A DNA stretch of 64,000 nt from Lama glama (taxonomy: Eukaryota). The DNA is taken from NCBI GenBank assembly GCA_028534125.1, contig CM052817.1, positions 54,190,001 to 54,254,000 on the forward strand, in the 5' to 3' direction. How positions within the stretch are numbered: position 1 is the first letter of the stretch; every line of letters starts with the position of its first letter. The notes below the pieces were generated by a model. The model was given only the letters and a program-made list of their open reading frames with translations. It was not told the DNA's origin and did not search any database. A program made the position numbers and the translations under genes. Below are positions 12,790 to 25,200 of this stretch, piece after piece.

Positions 12790-13350
12790 CAACCCACACA
12801 TGTGTTTATTCATCAATGTGTTCCAAGAGATCATTGTTGGATACAAACAATATAATCTGTGATCACGGGAGGTATCAGAGATATATATGGGACAGTTCTT
12901 GCACTAAAGAAGGAAGAGGAGGAAAAGGAGTAGCAAAAAGACAACAATGAGACAGAAAAAAGGAGGAAAGAGATGATGCAAAAACATAAAATAATAAAAT
13001 GTAAATCGAAAAATATGATTTTTTAAAAAGAGAGGTAAAATAATAAAGGAGATAACCCAGCTTGGAAGATCTGGAAGACCTATAAGAAGAGAATGATACT
13101 TGTGCTGGAGTATAAAGAATAGGCAAAATTTCACTGAACAATGACTGGAAGAATATTATTCTGGGTTAAGCGTTGTTACAAAGAAAGGTAAAGAACAGGT
13201 AAAAGACAAAGTATAAATTACCGAACTGCAAGTCATCTGTTTTGTCAAGTTTACTGAGTAAATCAGAAGCAAGAAAAGACCACACAGATGATGAATTGGG
13301 GCAGAATGGGAAAGGTTTTGAAGTCTATACAAAAAAATTTGGATTCAATT
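12790..13350 (-). mobile_element. L2 LINE fragment (degraded)
   Basis: Purine-rich stretch typical of reverse-oriented L2, preceded by a tail-like tttattcatcaatgtgttccaagag. Confidence 0.45.
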
Positions 13351-14084
13351 TGGTTAGTTTCCAACCATGATGTTTTCAAAATTTAAACAATACCTTTTAT
13401 TTTCTAAAAGCACAAATTATGTAAGTAAATAAAAATCACTGCAAGCATTGTCTTTTAAGATTGAGGGTAAATATTTATAGTCAGTACATCCTAAAAATGT
13501 CTATAATCCTCTGTATTGCTCCTAACACTTGAACATTTTGCTCTGAATTTAATTTCTGTAAATGACCTTTGGTTTGAAATAAAGAGCCTGAGTTATTGGA
13601 GATATTAAGTGAAACAGAGGTATTAAGTGAATCATTAAATTAATAAACTAGTATTTAGATAGTACCTAACACGATACCACACAGAAATAAAGCAGTCTTT
13701 GCATTTTCTTAATATGATACTTTGTCAGGATTCCAAACTTGCATAACATTGCTAAGCAACTATTATCCTATTTGAGATCAAATACTGATTCCAGAACAGT
13801 ATACTTTTAAACACAATGGTATTGTTATGCATTTGGCAGTGTATTACTACCAAATAACACACTGTATCTATATGACTTATCTGTACAGATGTGCCCTTTA
13901 TAACACATTCAGGACAAATACAATCTGGAAGAAATTTCATATACACTAAGTATGTGTTTGCCTTGACCTAGAAGTGGATGTGGTCATACTTTTCTTAGTA
14001 CTTAATTTTCTACACATATTTAAAAAAAAATCTCAGCTCCTGTCATCAAGTATTAAACATCGCATAAGTCAGCGCCATCATAAG

Positions 14085-14340
14085 CAGCATGAAAAGAGGA
14101 CAAGATATGAGCTTTGGTGTGAGAAAGGCATTTAAGTCCTCCCTCTTCAAGCTGTGAGCTGTATGACCACAGGCAGATTACTTAAATTTTCTATACTCTA
14201 ATGTTCACATCTAAAATTAATACTTATTCCACCAGATGGTTAGAAGGCTTAAATAAAAGTTTTATATATATACATACACACACATATACATATATACATT
14301 ACATATAAAGATTCCTGGCAAGAGTAGGCATTCAATAAGT
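14085..14340 (+). mobile_element. MIR SINE
   Basis: gagctgtatgaccacaggcagattacttaaattttct...cctggcaagagtaggcattcaataag. Confidence 0.65.
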
Positions 14341-15168
14341 GAGAAAAATCCTTGTTCTCATTTAATGAAGAGTTTTATATTGAAAAGTAGGGTTATAAAT
14401 GGTAAATGAGACTACATTTAATGGTGAGTAGGACAGAATAACATTTGATAGGAATTTTTGAGTAGTTGGATGGGAAAGAGAATAAAATCAGAAGGTACAC
14501 TGTAAACATCATGCTTTTAGATGATTAAATTGGTCTTGGTATGTAGGAAAAAATGGAGAGGGGAAAAAAATAGGCTCATGGAATCAGTAATAATATTAGC
14601 CAGAGTTAGTTAGTATGGTGGAAATTCACAGTGACCTACAAGTGCAGAATTGTGATTTAAAATATATATTATTTGACCAAAGTCAGGACAGCAGTTTTTC
14701 AAGTTATAGAAATATTAAATTATATGTTTTGTCAGGGTGGAAGGGATAAAAATCAGGAAAAAAATAGAAGGGAAAAACAGAGAATTGGTACAGAAGATAC
14801 ATGAAAAATTAAATCAGATTGGAATTAGGGAGATTAGTTCAGTAATAAAACTACATTTCCACTAGAATTTTCACTCAAGTCTTCATTCTTCCTTCATTCT
14901 TTCCCTACTATCTCCTCCACAAGTTAAGTTTCAGAGAGATCAGAGCAAGGAAAGACCTACTTGTATTCAATGAAAAAATTTTGAAAGTTACTAACCACAC
15001 TTCTCAAGCAATGAAACGCTCAATGTCTATACACTGTCTGAACACTAACAAACAACACTTTTTATTGCTTAAGTAAAATACATATTTCCTTACAATTATA
15101 TTTAAAACATAACTTGGTGCTATGTTAGAAAACAAGCAATATAGGAAGGTAAATTTACTAAGTTCTCA

Positions 15169-15803
15169 CCATATGACCCAGGAATCCCGCTCCTGGGCGT
15201 ATATCCAGAAGGAATCCTACTTCAGGATGACACCTGCACCCCAATGTTCATAGCAGCACTATTTACAATAGCCAAGACATGGAAACAGCCTAAATGTCCA
15301 TCAACAGATGACTGGATAAAGAAGATGTGGTATATTTATACAATGGAATACTATTCAACCATAAAAACTGACAACACAACGCCATTTGCAGCAACATGGA
15401 TTCTCTTGGAGAATGTCATTCTAAGTGAAGTAAGCCAGAAAGAGAAAGAAAAATACCATATAAGATTGCTCATATGTGGAATCTAAAACAAACAAACAAA
15501 CAAACAAACAAAGCATAAATACAAAACAGAAATAGACTCACAGACATAGAATACAAACTTGTGGTTGCCCAGGGGGTGAGGAGTGGGAAGAGACAGACTG
15601 GGATTTCAAAATTGTAGAATAGATAAACAAAATTATACTGCATAGCACAGGGAAATATATACAAGATTTTATGGTAGCTCACAGAGAAAAAAAATGTGAC
15701 AATGAATATATATATATATGTTCGTGTATAACTGAAAAATTGTGCTCTACACTGGAATTTGACACATTGTAAAATGATTATAAATCAATAAAAGATGTTA
15801 AAA
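15169..15803 (+). mobile_element. Young 5'-truncated L1 (ORF2 C-terminus + 3' UTR) with perfect 18-bp TSD
   Basis: ORF 15244..15486 MFIAALFTIAKTWKQPKCPSTDDWIKKMWYIYTMEYY is the canonical L1 ORF2 end; AATAAA and short A tail; AAATTTACTAAGTTCTCA at 15151-15168 and 15804-15821. Confidence 0.95.
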
Positions 15804-16584
15804 AAATTTACTAAGTTCTCAAGAGTAAAAGAACCATTTAACTGTCTTTCAGATAGTGTTACGATCTAACAAGTGTCCATTAAAGTTTAGGAACAAATTT
15901 GGATTTAATGAACAGTGCTATTTTTGTCTTAAAGGCAGCCTATCATTTAACCATGATTGATGTTTTACAGAGGATCATTTTCTTGCAAGGTGTCCTTGAG
16001 TTAACCTTTTCCTTGAGATCCCCCAAAGCATCTGATTGGAGTGTGCTCCCAACAAGCTTTGAATAGGATAAAATTTTCCCCACTGATATGTTCAATAGGA
16101 AATATAATCAAAGAGTTTGAAATTAAACTAAGTATAAATAATTACTTTAATGCAACTAGCTTGGAAAATAACTCAATTGCTTGAAATGAGAGAATTACAA
16201 CTGAAAACTGGATCTCGTATTTCTTTCCATGTATATGATTTTTAAAATTGATCCTCTGCTCTTCACAAATGAAAATAATCATAAAATTTCTAATTTTTAT
16301 CATCAATATTCACTGCAAAAAATAAATCTGAATGAATACAGCCCTTATTTAAAAGGTTATTCAAAAAAATCAGCAATTGCTTTACAATATTTCATTCACA
16401 ATCATAATCATTAAAGATTTCTCTTTCCAAGGGAAGTAGAAATTAGGAAAGGCATGCAAGCTACAGTAAAAACATGCAGAACATTACAGGTTTCTACTTC
16501 AAAGTAAGTAATTCCACTTCTAACAGGAACATGGGAATCTATTCCAAAATCTAGAGCACCAGGCAAAATAATAGTCCTCTTTAT

Positions 16585-16845
16585 AACAATAGCCCTTACT
16601 ATCAGGCATTGTTGTAAGAGCTTTCCACTTATTGGATCATTTAATTGATCTTAAATATAAATATTATTGTCAATCCTATAACGACTCCAAAGGAAAGGTT
16701 TATTATTATTCCTAAGTGGCAAATGAGGAAGCTGAGAGACCAAGAGGTTGAAGAGCTTACTGAGGTTACATAGCTAAAAATAAAAGAGCTCACATTTGCA
16801 CCTAAACCCTCTAGACCCATGGTTTGTGCTTTCATTCATTAGTTC
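16585..16845 (-). mobile_element. MIR SINE
   Basis: caaatgaggaagctgagagaccaagaggttgaagagcttactgaggttacatagct core. Confidence 0.75.
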
Positions 16846-16892
16846 CTACTGTCTCTCTTTGCTTCTATTGACTACTGATCCTATGGCATACC

Positions 16893-17252
16893 TACTAAAA
16901 TAAACTGAATGCTTGGCTCCCCTCAGAATTCGTATGTTGAATACAGATCCCAATGTGATGGCATTTGTGGGTGAAGCCTTTGAGAGGTGATATGGTCACG
17001 AGAACCGAATCCTCCTGAGATCAGCGCCTTAGGAAAGAACCCCAGAGAGCTTTCTACAGTCGCTTCCTCCATGTGAGGTTACAGCAAGAGGACAGCTGTC
17101 TGTAACCCAGGGAGTGGGCTCTCTTTAGAACTCAGCCAGGCTGGTCCCTGATCTTGGACTTCCAGTCTCTGGAACTGTGAGAGGTAAATGTATGTTGTTT
17201 ATTTAGATATCCAGCCTGTGGTACTTTTCTTATCACATCCTGTGACAAGACA
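16893..17252 (+). mobile_element. MaLR solo LTR (MLT1A-like)
   Basis: ctgaatgcttggctcccctcagaattcgtatgttgaa...ctgatcttggacttccagtctctggaactgtgaga...aagaca; near-TSD ATACC/ATACT. Confidence 0.85.
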
Positions 17253-20200
17253 ATACTTCATATACATGTAAGGAACCTTTTGCTAGTATGAAGGTGACTA
17301 TGGGTTGAATGAAGTGAGATGAAGTTCTAGAATATAGCTCTCTCTCTCTATATATATATTGAAATAGTCAAAGGAACTTCAGATTGAGAGAATCATGGTA
17401 TTAACAGAAGGTCTTCATTATCTTCACTTCTGCATAATTACTAGCTGGCATCATACATCTTTTGGTATATCTGAATAGATACAAATGACCCATTTTTATT
17501 CATGCTTGTTTTTAGTGAGTGAAGGGCAAGACCACCAGACTTCATCAGGCAAAGTAACCCAGGTATGATGAACTTGGAGGTTCTTAGGAGCCAAGCAAGT
17601 GCGTCTTAAATTACATAAAAAGTTGAAAACAATCAGGAAAACATAGAAAATAAAAGCTATCTTCCAAATAAAGTTCTGAAAAGATTTCAACATCTACCAA
17701 TTTAATTTCAAACAGCATAACTCTTTAATTCTGTTAGTAATTTTTCCAAAAAGGAAACCCAGACTACTCAGAATGTTACCAAGAAGAAGCAAATATGTCT
17801 TCAAAGCAGAATTATTTGTGACTTTATCATACTTATTTTAAATTTAAAATCAAATTGACAAATAATCAATCAAGCTAACCTCAAGTATTTTTAATATTTG
17901 TTCAGGTTTTATTATCTACAGAGGTATTATGACTGTGGTAGACTAGTAGTACATTGTGTTACTTCCTTTTTGACAATTTTATAATAGAAATTAACTAAGT
18001 ACTTCATGATTGACAATCATGACAATATATTATATCTAGTATAAGTATGTGTTATAAGTGAAGTTCCAGAATTTGATATAAAGCCAAAATAATCACGTCT
18101 TCTCCTACGAAATTCTAAAATATATTATTATCAATGCAGATAGCACTACAATTGAGACTGGTGAAAAGTTATTTCCATAGCTGAGAACAGTGAACTTTCC
18201 CCGATAAATTAGATGGCCAGAATCATATTAAGCTACAGTACGGGTTTAGGGGCTGAACTGGGGATAGGGGGAGAATCTCATTTCTTAACACTAGTTCCCT
18301 GAAAACTATGACAGTTACTAAGAACAGACTTAAAAATAAAGCCTAGAATAGGAAAGCCACAAAAATTGAGGTAGTAATGTCAAATTCATTCTATTCCAAC
18401 TCCTTCAGGCAGAAAAGAAAAACACACATCTACTTGCACTTTCTTTGAAGGCTATCCAAAGCCAAGAGGAATGCAGGGGAAGCTAAATCTCATTATGAGC
18501 GAGGTCCTTCTACAGACTTTCACTATGGTTTAGTTATCATGACTGGTCAGTCCCACTCATCTCTTTCATATAAACAATTGACTTGAAACCCTTGATATCC
18601 ACATTTAAAAAAAATTCAATAAGTTTCTTTTTCAAAAGAAGTTTAAACAAGTATTAATAAGAACAAGATTACCATAAAATCCTGGAATTTTTAAAAAATG
18701 TATACCAGACAAGGTCTCAAAATAATTCTTTCAAAATCTCCTGCAAAAGACATCTACGTATTTTAAATATCTTGTTCTTGAGATTATGAAAGAAATGTAT
18801 TGTCTTTTGTGATTCATAAAGTATCACAAGATAACTTTGCTATATTTCATTCCTTGTAGTTAGTGTATCAGTAGTAACCAGGCAGGAGAGAAAATACACA
18901 TATTTTGAAATTATCTCATCTCAGTAGGGTACACCTGGATAGGTCTCAAATTAAACATCTTCTTTAATGGCCCATTATGGAGTATCAATGCCTAAAATAC
19001 CCGAAGGGAGTCAGGGACAATTACTGCCAAGGGAGAGTTTCTAAGGTTGTAGCTTATGATGCAATATTTCTGCTGTAACTTTAGTCTGACTGGGAGTTTA
19101 TTTAAATACATTTTTTTATAGTTTTAAAATCAATAGCTAACACAGTAAGGTTTAGCATAACCCAAAGATACAGATTAAAAATATTAATGCATCAATACAT
19201 TTTTACAGTAATGCTCTGATAATTAGCATTTATAGATAGCTACCAAATTATGAAATGGGTCATTTTATAAAACTTAACTTTTAAGATAGCTGCTTAGACC
19301 CCAAAGGATATTCTTCATGGGGAAGAAAAAAATACGAAAGTAAATTTAATCTTTATAGTAAAATGTATATAATTTAGTAGAAATAATAAGCATCATAACA
19401 TCTATTCTTCAGGAGCTATAAAAACAAGTATAACATAGAGACACTGGCATTCTTGCTGTAGGACAAAGACGTCTCTTTTTACATCAAAAACGTCTCAGCT
19501 TCTAGGGTTTTAACTGGTAGGCAGAATGGCAAACCTAAAGTAAGGTGAAATCAGAATAAAACCATCTTTTTGCTCCATTCATCTTGTTTCTGTTAGTCCT
19601 ATCACCATAGAAACTGACCTGGAGTACCATTAAAAAACAAACAAACAAAAGCAAAAAAACTAAAAAGCATCAATTAGGGCCGGGAATAAGTAAGTGAAAG
19701 GTTGTGAGAAAACGAAATATAAGGAAAACAGAAAGAAAAAGGAAAAAAGAAAATTTTCTAAGGACAGTACCTGAATGGAAAAGGAATCGCTAAACAGGTT
19801 TGGCTAATACATTTATATGCAGGATAATAAAGGATGTATCTAGAGAAGGAACACAGAAGTCAGGCCCTATTCGGATTCCTATAATTAAGGAATTTTATAA
19901 CCACTTATTATACTTAGTTATTAATATACTAATTTATTCAATCATATATAATATATAATTTATATAACTGTACATATAACTACAATGATAATGGATCATT
20001 TTTATCATACCATTCACATTTTTATCCAGTAAATATTGCAACTCAAAATTTTTTGATTTTAGTAACCTAGTACAACATGAGAATGTTTATGAATACATAA
20101 TTTAAAGCTATCAATTGCTATTTTTCAGTATACCTTCGGTATATTTGGTATATTTTATAATGGTAAAAATAAGTGGCACTTCAAATCATATAATGTCAAG

Positions 20201-21869
20201 CACTTATTTAAAAAATTACACTCAGTAACTCCTAAAGATATCTATACAAATAATAGTACATGTTTTTGATGTAGAAAGATAATTAAACCAATAAAAACAG
20301 TGACAGTTAAGATAACTAAAACAAACAAGTAAACAGAAAGGAGTCTTGGTTACTGGGAAGAATAACCAAGTCATTTTTTGTTGTTGAAAACGAAGAGCCT
20401 CATGAGGAAATGTGAACGTTTGTGAAGAGCTATCACAGGGCGGCACATATCGCACCTGGAGGCCCTTATGCTGTGCCCTCTGGGCATTTATACTTTTAAA
20501 AGTGTTGAAAAAAAAATACATCAGTGAAATTATCTGAGTGATTTGAGCAAAATACTATTCTATAAGGTGACTTTGAAAGAATTTCCCATTAAGTAATAGG
20601 ATATGTAACATAATTATCACCAAGTTATATTTAAATTAATTTAGGCCAAACAGCAATCCATTCTACACAGAGACTATGCAACTGAAAAGCATAAGGAAAG
20701 AAAACTTGAAAAAGAGCAGCACAAAGTGCTGTCCAAAATTATTTTGACAAAGATTATTATTTAAGATAAATGCCTGTTAGAAACTTTTCTCATAAAATTT
20801 GATTTTCTTAATAATTAAGAATCTAAAGCAGTTTAATGGCTATTTGTTTAGAGATACCACTGTGTTGATCCTCACAAAAAAGTCCTTTTTCTCTGGCTTT
20901 GGTAAAAATATCTTTGAGTTATGTAGTTTAAAAATTGCATTGATGTTCCAGTACATAAATCATTTCTTTGTTCAGTCCTTTCTCTGCAGAACAGTGATGA
21001 TTCACAAGGACAATTCAGGAGCACCTAGGTTTTAAAGTAACCAAAATTGGCAAATTGTACAAAAAGATATATAGTATTGTTCAACACTTGGCTCTAGCTA
21101 GAAATAAAGTAAAGGGAACCACAGATCGACTGTGATGGAAAATCCATCAGAAACAACCAAGCTGGTGGATTATTATACACAATGATATCTGAATCCTTTT
21201 AACTAACATTTTATTTAAATATTCTAATATATTTTGCAATGATAGCAGATAAAAAGCCAAAACAGATAACTACCTACTGTAGAAGATGCTAAAACATCTT
21301 AAGGTTAAAAACATTTCTTTAAAGCAATAATTATATTTGTGCCTCATTTTGGAGGAGTTAATTTTTTATGGGTGAATTACAACAATTACAAATCTTGCAT
21401 CTTTTTTTAGAATCAACAGTTATTTATGTTTTCTGGTTTTGCTTTTTCTGGCATGTCTGTGATTACTGAACAAGATACAGCTGAAAGCATCCCAAAGATT
21501 ATTTATCCTTGCATTTTAGACATTGATTTATTTTTTAGTGATTTTTCAAAGTAAGGTATTCCCTGAAATATTTCAAAAAATTGCATTCCCAAAGAAACAC
21601 AGTCTTGCTTTTATGAAAATATACCATTACAATAATTTTTAATGTTATGCATAAATATGACAGCTTAAACAGAAAGATTACATCCTTTACTTTTTTCCTT
21701 AAAACTGTTAAAATAAAATAAAGATAATTATTTTCCTCTGTGAAAGAGTAAGATTATTTCATCAACTAAAATAATGTCCTTTTAAAAAGAATTTCTTCTT
21801 TCTTTTTTTTTTATGATACGTCTTATTTTTCACCTTTAATGAAAATGTATACTCTAATACGTGGTTTTT

Positions 21870-22267
21870 CCAGTTACAAAATAAATGAGTCACAAGGATA
21901 AAATGTACAGAGTGGAAAATACAATCAAGAACAATGTAATCTTTTTATATGGTGACAAAGGTTGTCAAAAGGTACAGACCTCCAGTTACAAGATAACTAA
22001 ATACTAGGGATGTAATGGACAACATGATCAATATAATTAACACTGCTCTGTATTGTATATGAAAGTTTTTAAGAGAGTAAATACTAAGTTTTCATTGAAA
22101 GGAAAACATTTTTCTTTTTCTTTTATTTTGTATCTGTATAAGATGATAGGTGTTCACTAATTTAATGTGGTAATTATTTCATGATGTATGTAATCGTTAT
22201 ACTGCACACCTTAAACTTATATGGTACTGTATGTCAATCATATCTCAACAAAACTGGAAGCAAAAAC
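21870..22267 (+). mobile_element. Older L1 3' UTR (L1MA-like)
   Basis: aaaggtacagacctccagttacaagata...gtatgtcaatcatatctcaacaaaactggaagcaaaaa. Confidence 0.8.
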
Positions 22268-25200
22268 TATAAACATAGATAAATGTATTTTCTCTCAAAC
22301 TTCCCCATAGTCTTGACAAAGGAACCTAACTGTTATATAAAATGCCAAGTATTCCGAACATAAAAGTCTTAATGGATTAATTTTATTTAATGGCTTTCCA
22401 TAATCTTGTCATTTTTAAAAATTCTAATAAACTGGATCAGTTTTGCCCACATGCAGGGCATGAGTATTTCTAGTGGGTGTTATTCACCTACTGAAGTTGA
22501 GTATCTCCAAAGTCCATCTTCCTCCAGGTCCCTCAACACACCTGAAGCAGCTGAGAAAACCAAGGTCTACCCAGTGGCAACACTGATCAGCACACGCTAT
22601 CTTGTTTTTCCTCTTCTTCCCTTTTTCATTGCTATTCTTTAATATATTCATTGTAAAAAGAAAACTTTGCAATCACCAAGCCATTTTTGTCAGAATAAAG
22701 AAATGCCTGAAATCTTTTAATTTGATTAAATCTCATCACTGAGCTTACGACTATTTATGAATCAGATCACTGACCATTATATAGTTTCAGATTCTAGCTG
22801 TCAGAAATAAATGTGCATTATCAAAGTCAATATATTACTAGAGGTGTGTTAAATACATCTTAATTTTATAATTATATATAAAGTATCCATATTGACCATT
22901 ATAAACTGTTCAGGTGGAAAGTTAATGACTTCAAAGTAATTAATTATAATTTAAAATTAAGACATCTTCATTCTTGGAATGTAACAATGTTAATTTTTTA
23001 AAAAGGAAAAATTATATCATTGGGAACAATATTAATGTGGACCTCAAATTTTAAAATATTATGTAAACAGATACGGTAATTTCACCTCTGATATACACGT
23101 TTCCAGTGAATTTATACTATATTTTTACCCCTCAAATTTCCTTAATCACCTTAAGGAAGGCTTATGCACCATGTTATATTCCCCAGTGGTGGGCTCAGTA
23201 AATAGTTTTTGATTTAAATCTTCTCCGATGTCCTAAACTTTTTAATAGTTACTTATAATAAAAATATTTTTTAAAACTTTCCAACATAGACCTCCCTTTA
23301 AGATTCAGGCCTATCCAGTCAGTAGAAAGAATGATACCCTACATTCTATATTTTTTACAGATTTCAGGAATGCTTTATGGTTCTAATGTACTACCCACCA
23401 AGGAACTCCATAGGAAGGGGAAAAAAAAAGGTTAAGAATCAAGATGTCAAAGACGCATCTTCTTGACAATTCTGTCTAGAGTTAATCTGCTAATAACTAA
23501 TATTAAAAAAAAAAAGAAAAAGGAAAAACCTTTGTCAGTTCAGCTGAAATACAGCAACCGTGTCTACCAAACAACAAAAATACATTATTTCCTATGTGAC
23601 ATGTTATAGAAAGAAAAGAGGTTTTTAAAAGTATGTCTATACATTTGTTTCCTTCATCATGGAAACATAGTATTTAATTATTTTATTATTTCACATGAAC
23701 ATAAAAAAATACACATGAACATAAATAAACCATACACACGTGCACACACAGGCACATTTAAAAATTTTAGATAGAAAAGGCTGTACTATTACAAATCAAT
23801 AGTTAAGGGCAAATTTGCTGAAGACTGCCAGTAAACATCAAACTGTAAAATGTCTTCATCATCCAGATCCAAGATAGAGATGTAGCAATGATTCTCTTTA
23901 TCTCAAATAGAAAGAGTCAAATACACTGATTCCCTAAATTTTTCGGAGATTCAGAAATGAAGATATATAGCAGAGACCAAAATGAAATGTGATTGGCAAT
24001 CTGGAGAGCATAGGTGTTTCCAGGGATTAAAACAGTTAATGTAATTGAAAATTTCCTTTGAATGCTAAGGAGTATTAAAAAAAATACATTTCAGACATCA
24101 TTAAACAAAAGCATCCATTAGCTCCTCTCAGATGTGACTCCACTATGTTTCCTTCCTTTTTCTTCTCTTTTGCTTTAACTTACAATGGTCCAGCCAAGAA
24201 AGCAAAGGATCACTAATACCGTTACCAGAACACCCTGCTATCAATGCAGATGCTTTTATACAAACAGGTTTCTCAATGTGAGCCTGTGTATCTCAAAATT
24301 ACCTAGAAGATACTAAGTTATCTGGAAAGAAATGTAGCATTAATCCTTTTAGCATAGAGTTCATCCTAGACACTGATAAAAATTACTCTGACGTAGATCA
24401 ACATTTTATTGGCTTTGGGAGATTCTATTCCAAATGAAGTAATTATTATTTTATGCTCTATTCTCCAAGAAAATGTATAAGGAAATAAAATTGAAACATG
24501 TGACTCAAGACATTTTATGAAGAAATTAATTAAATAGTTTAATATATGTAAAAAGTACAAAGCCCATATTTGGGCAATTATGGCATGTCAGAACTAAGGA
24601 AAACTCTTAAAATCATCAAATTCAAGCCTTTTTTAAAAGGAGAATTTAATGCATTAAATATTAAAAACTGACTAGTTTTTTATGACTACTCTATTACTAG
24701 TATATTTTTGCGCCAAAATAATCAAAGCTTTAAAAAAAATAGAAAAAGGACCATAATATTAAGGCAGAAAGTAGTAACTCCAATCCCAAAACATACTCCA
24801 AGATACATTTTAAATTATGCATAGACTTTTCAATGCCTTAGGTCAAGTAAGGAGGAGATAATGTTGTATACTTACCTAAGCTCTCAGCATCCTACCCCTG
24901 CACACTCTTGGTACCGGGACATATTTGCCAAATATCTTAGGGAAGTTGAAGAAAATGTAAAATACTGTTGGGAAGGAAATTTCTGCTCATAGGGAATGAA
25001 AGGGTACAAACTTTGATTTCACACATTTTTTGTATTAGACAGTTTTGTCCAGAGAATTCACTGGTTCATGGAACATTAATACCTTTACAAAAAAGATAGT
25101 AGGCCTTTTTGGTTCAATTCTTTGTTACAATTTTTGATGTGGGTTATTGCTATCTTAAAGTATCATTATTTTTAGAAAATAAATGCTACCTCAGCTTAAT

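Noticed and set aside
18368..18380. TGAGGTAGTA resembling the let-7 5' end
   Set aside because: The match stops after 10 nt and there is no complementary hairpin arm.
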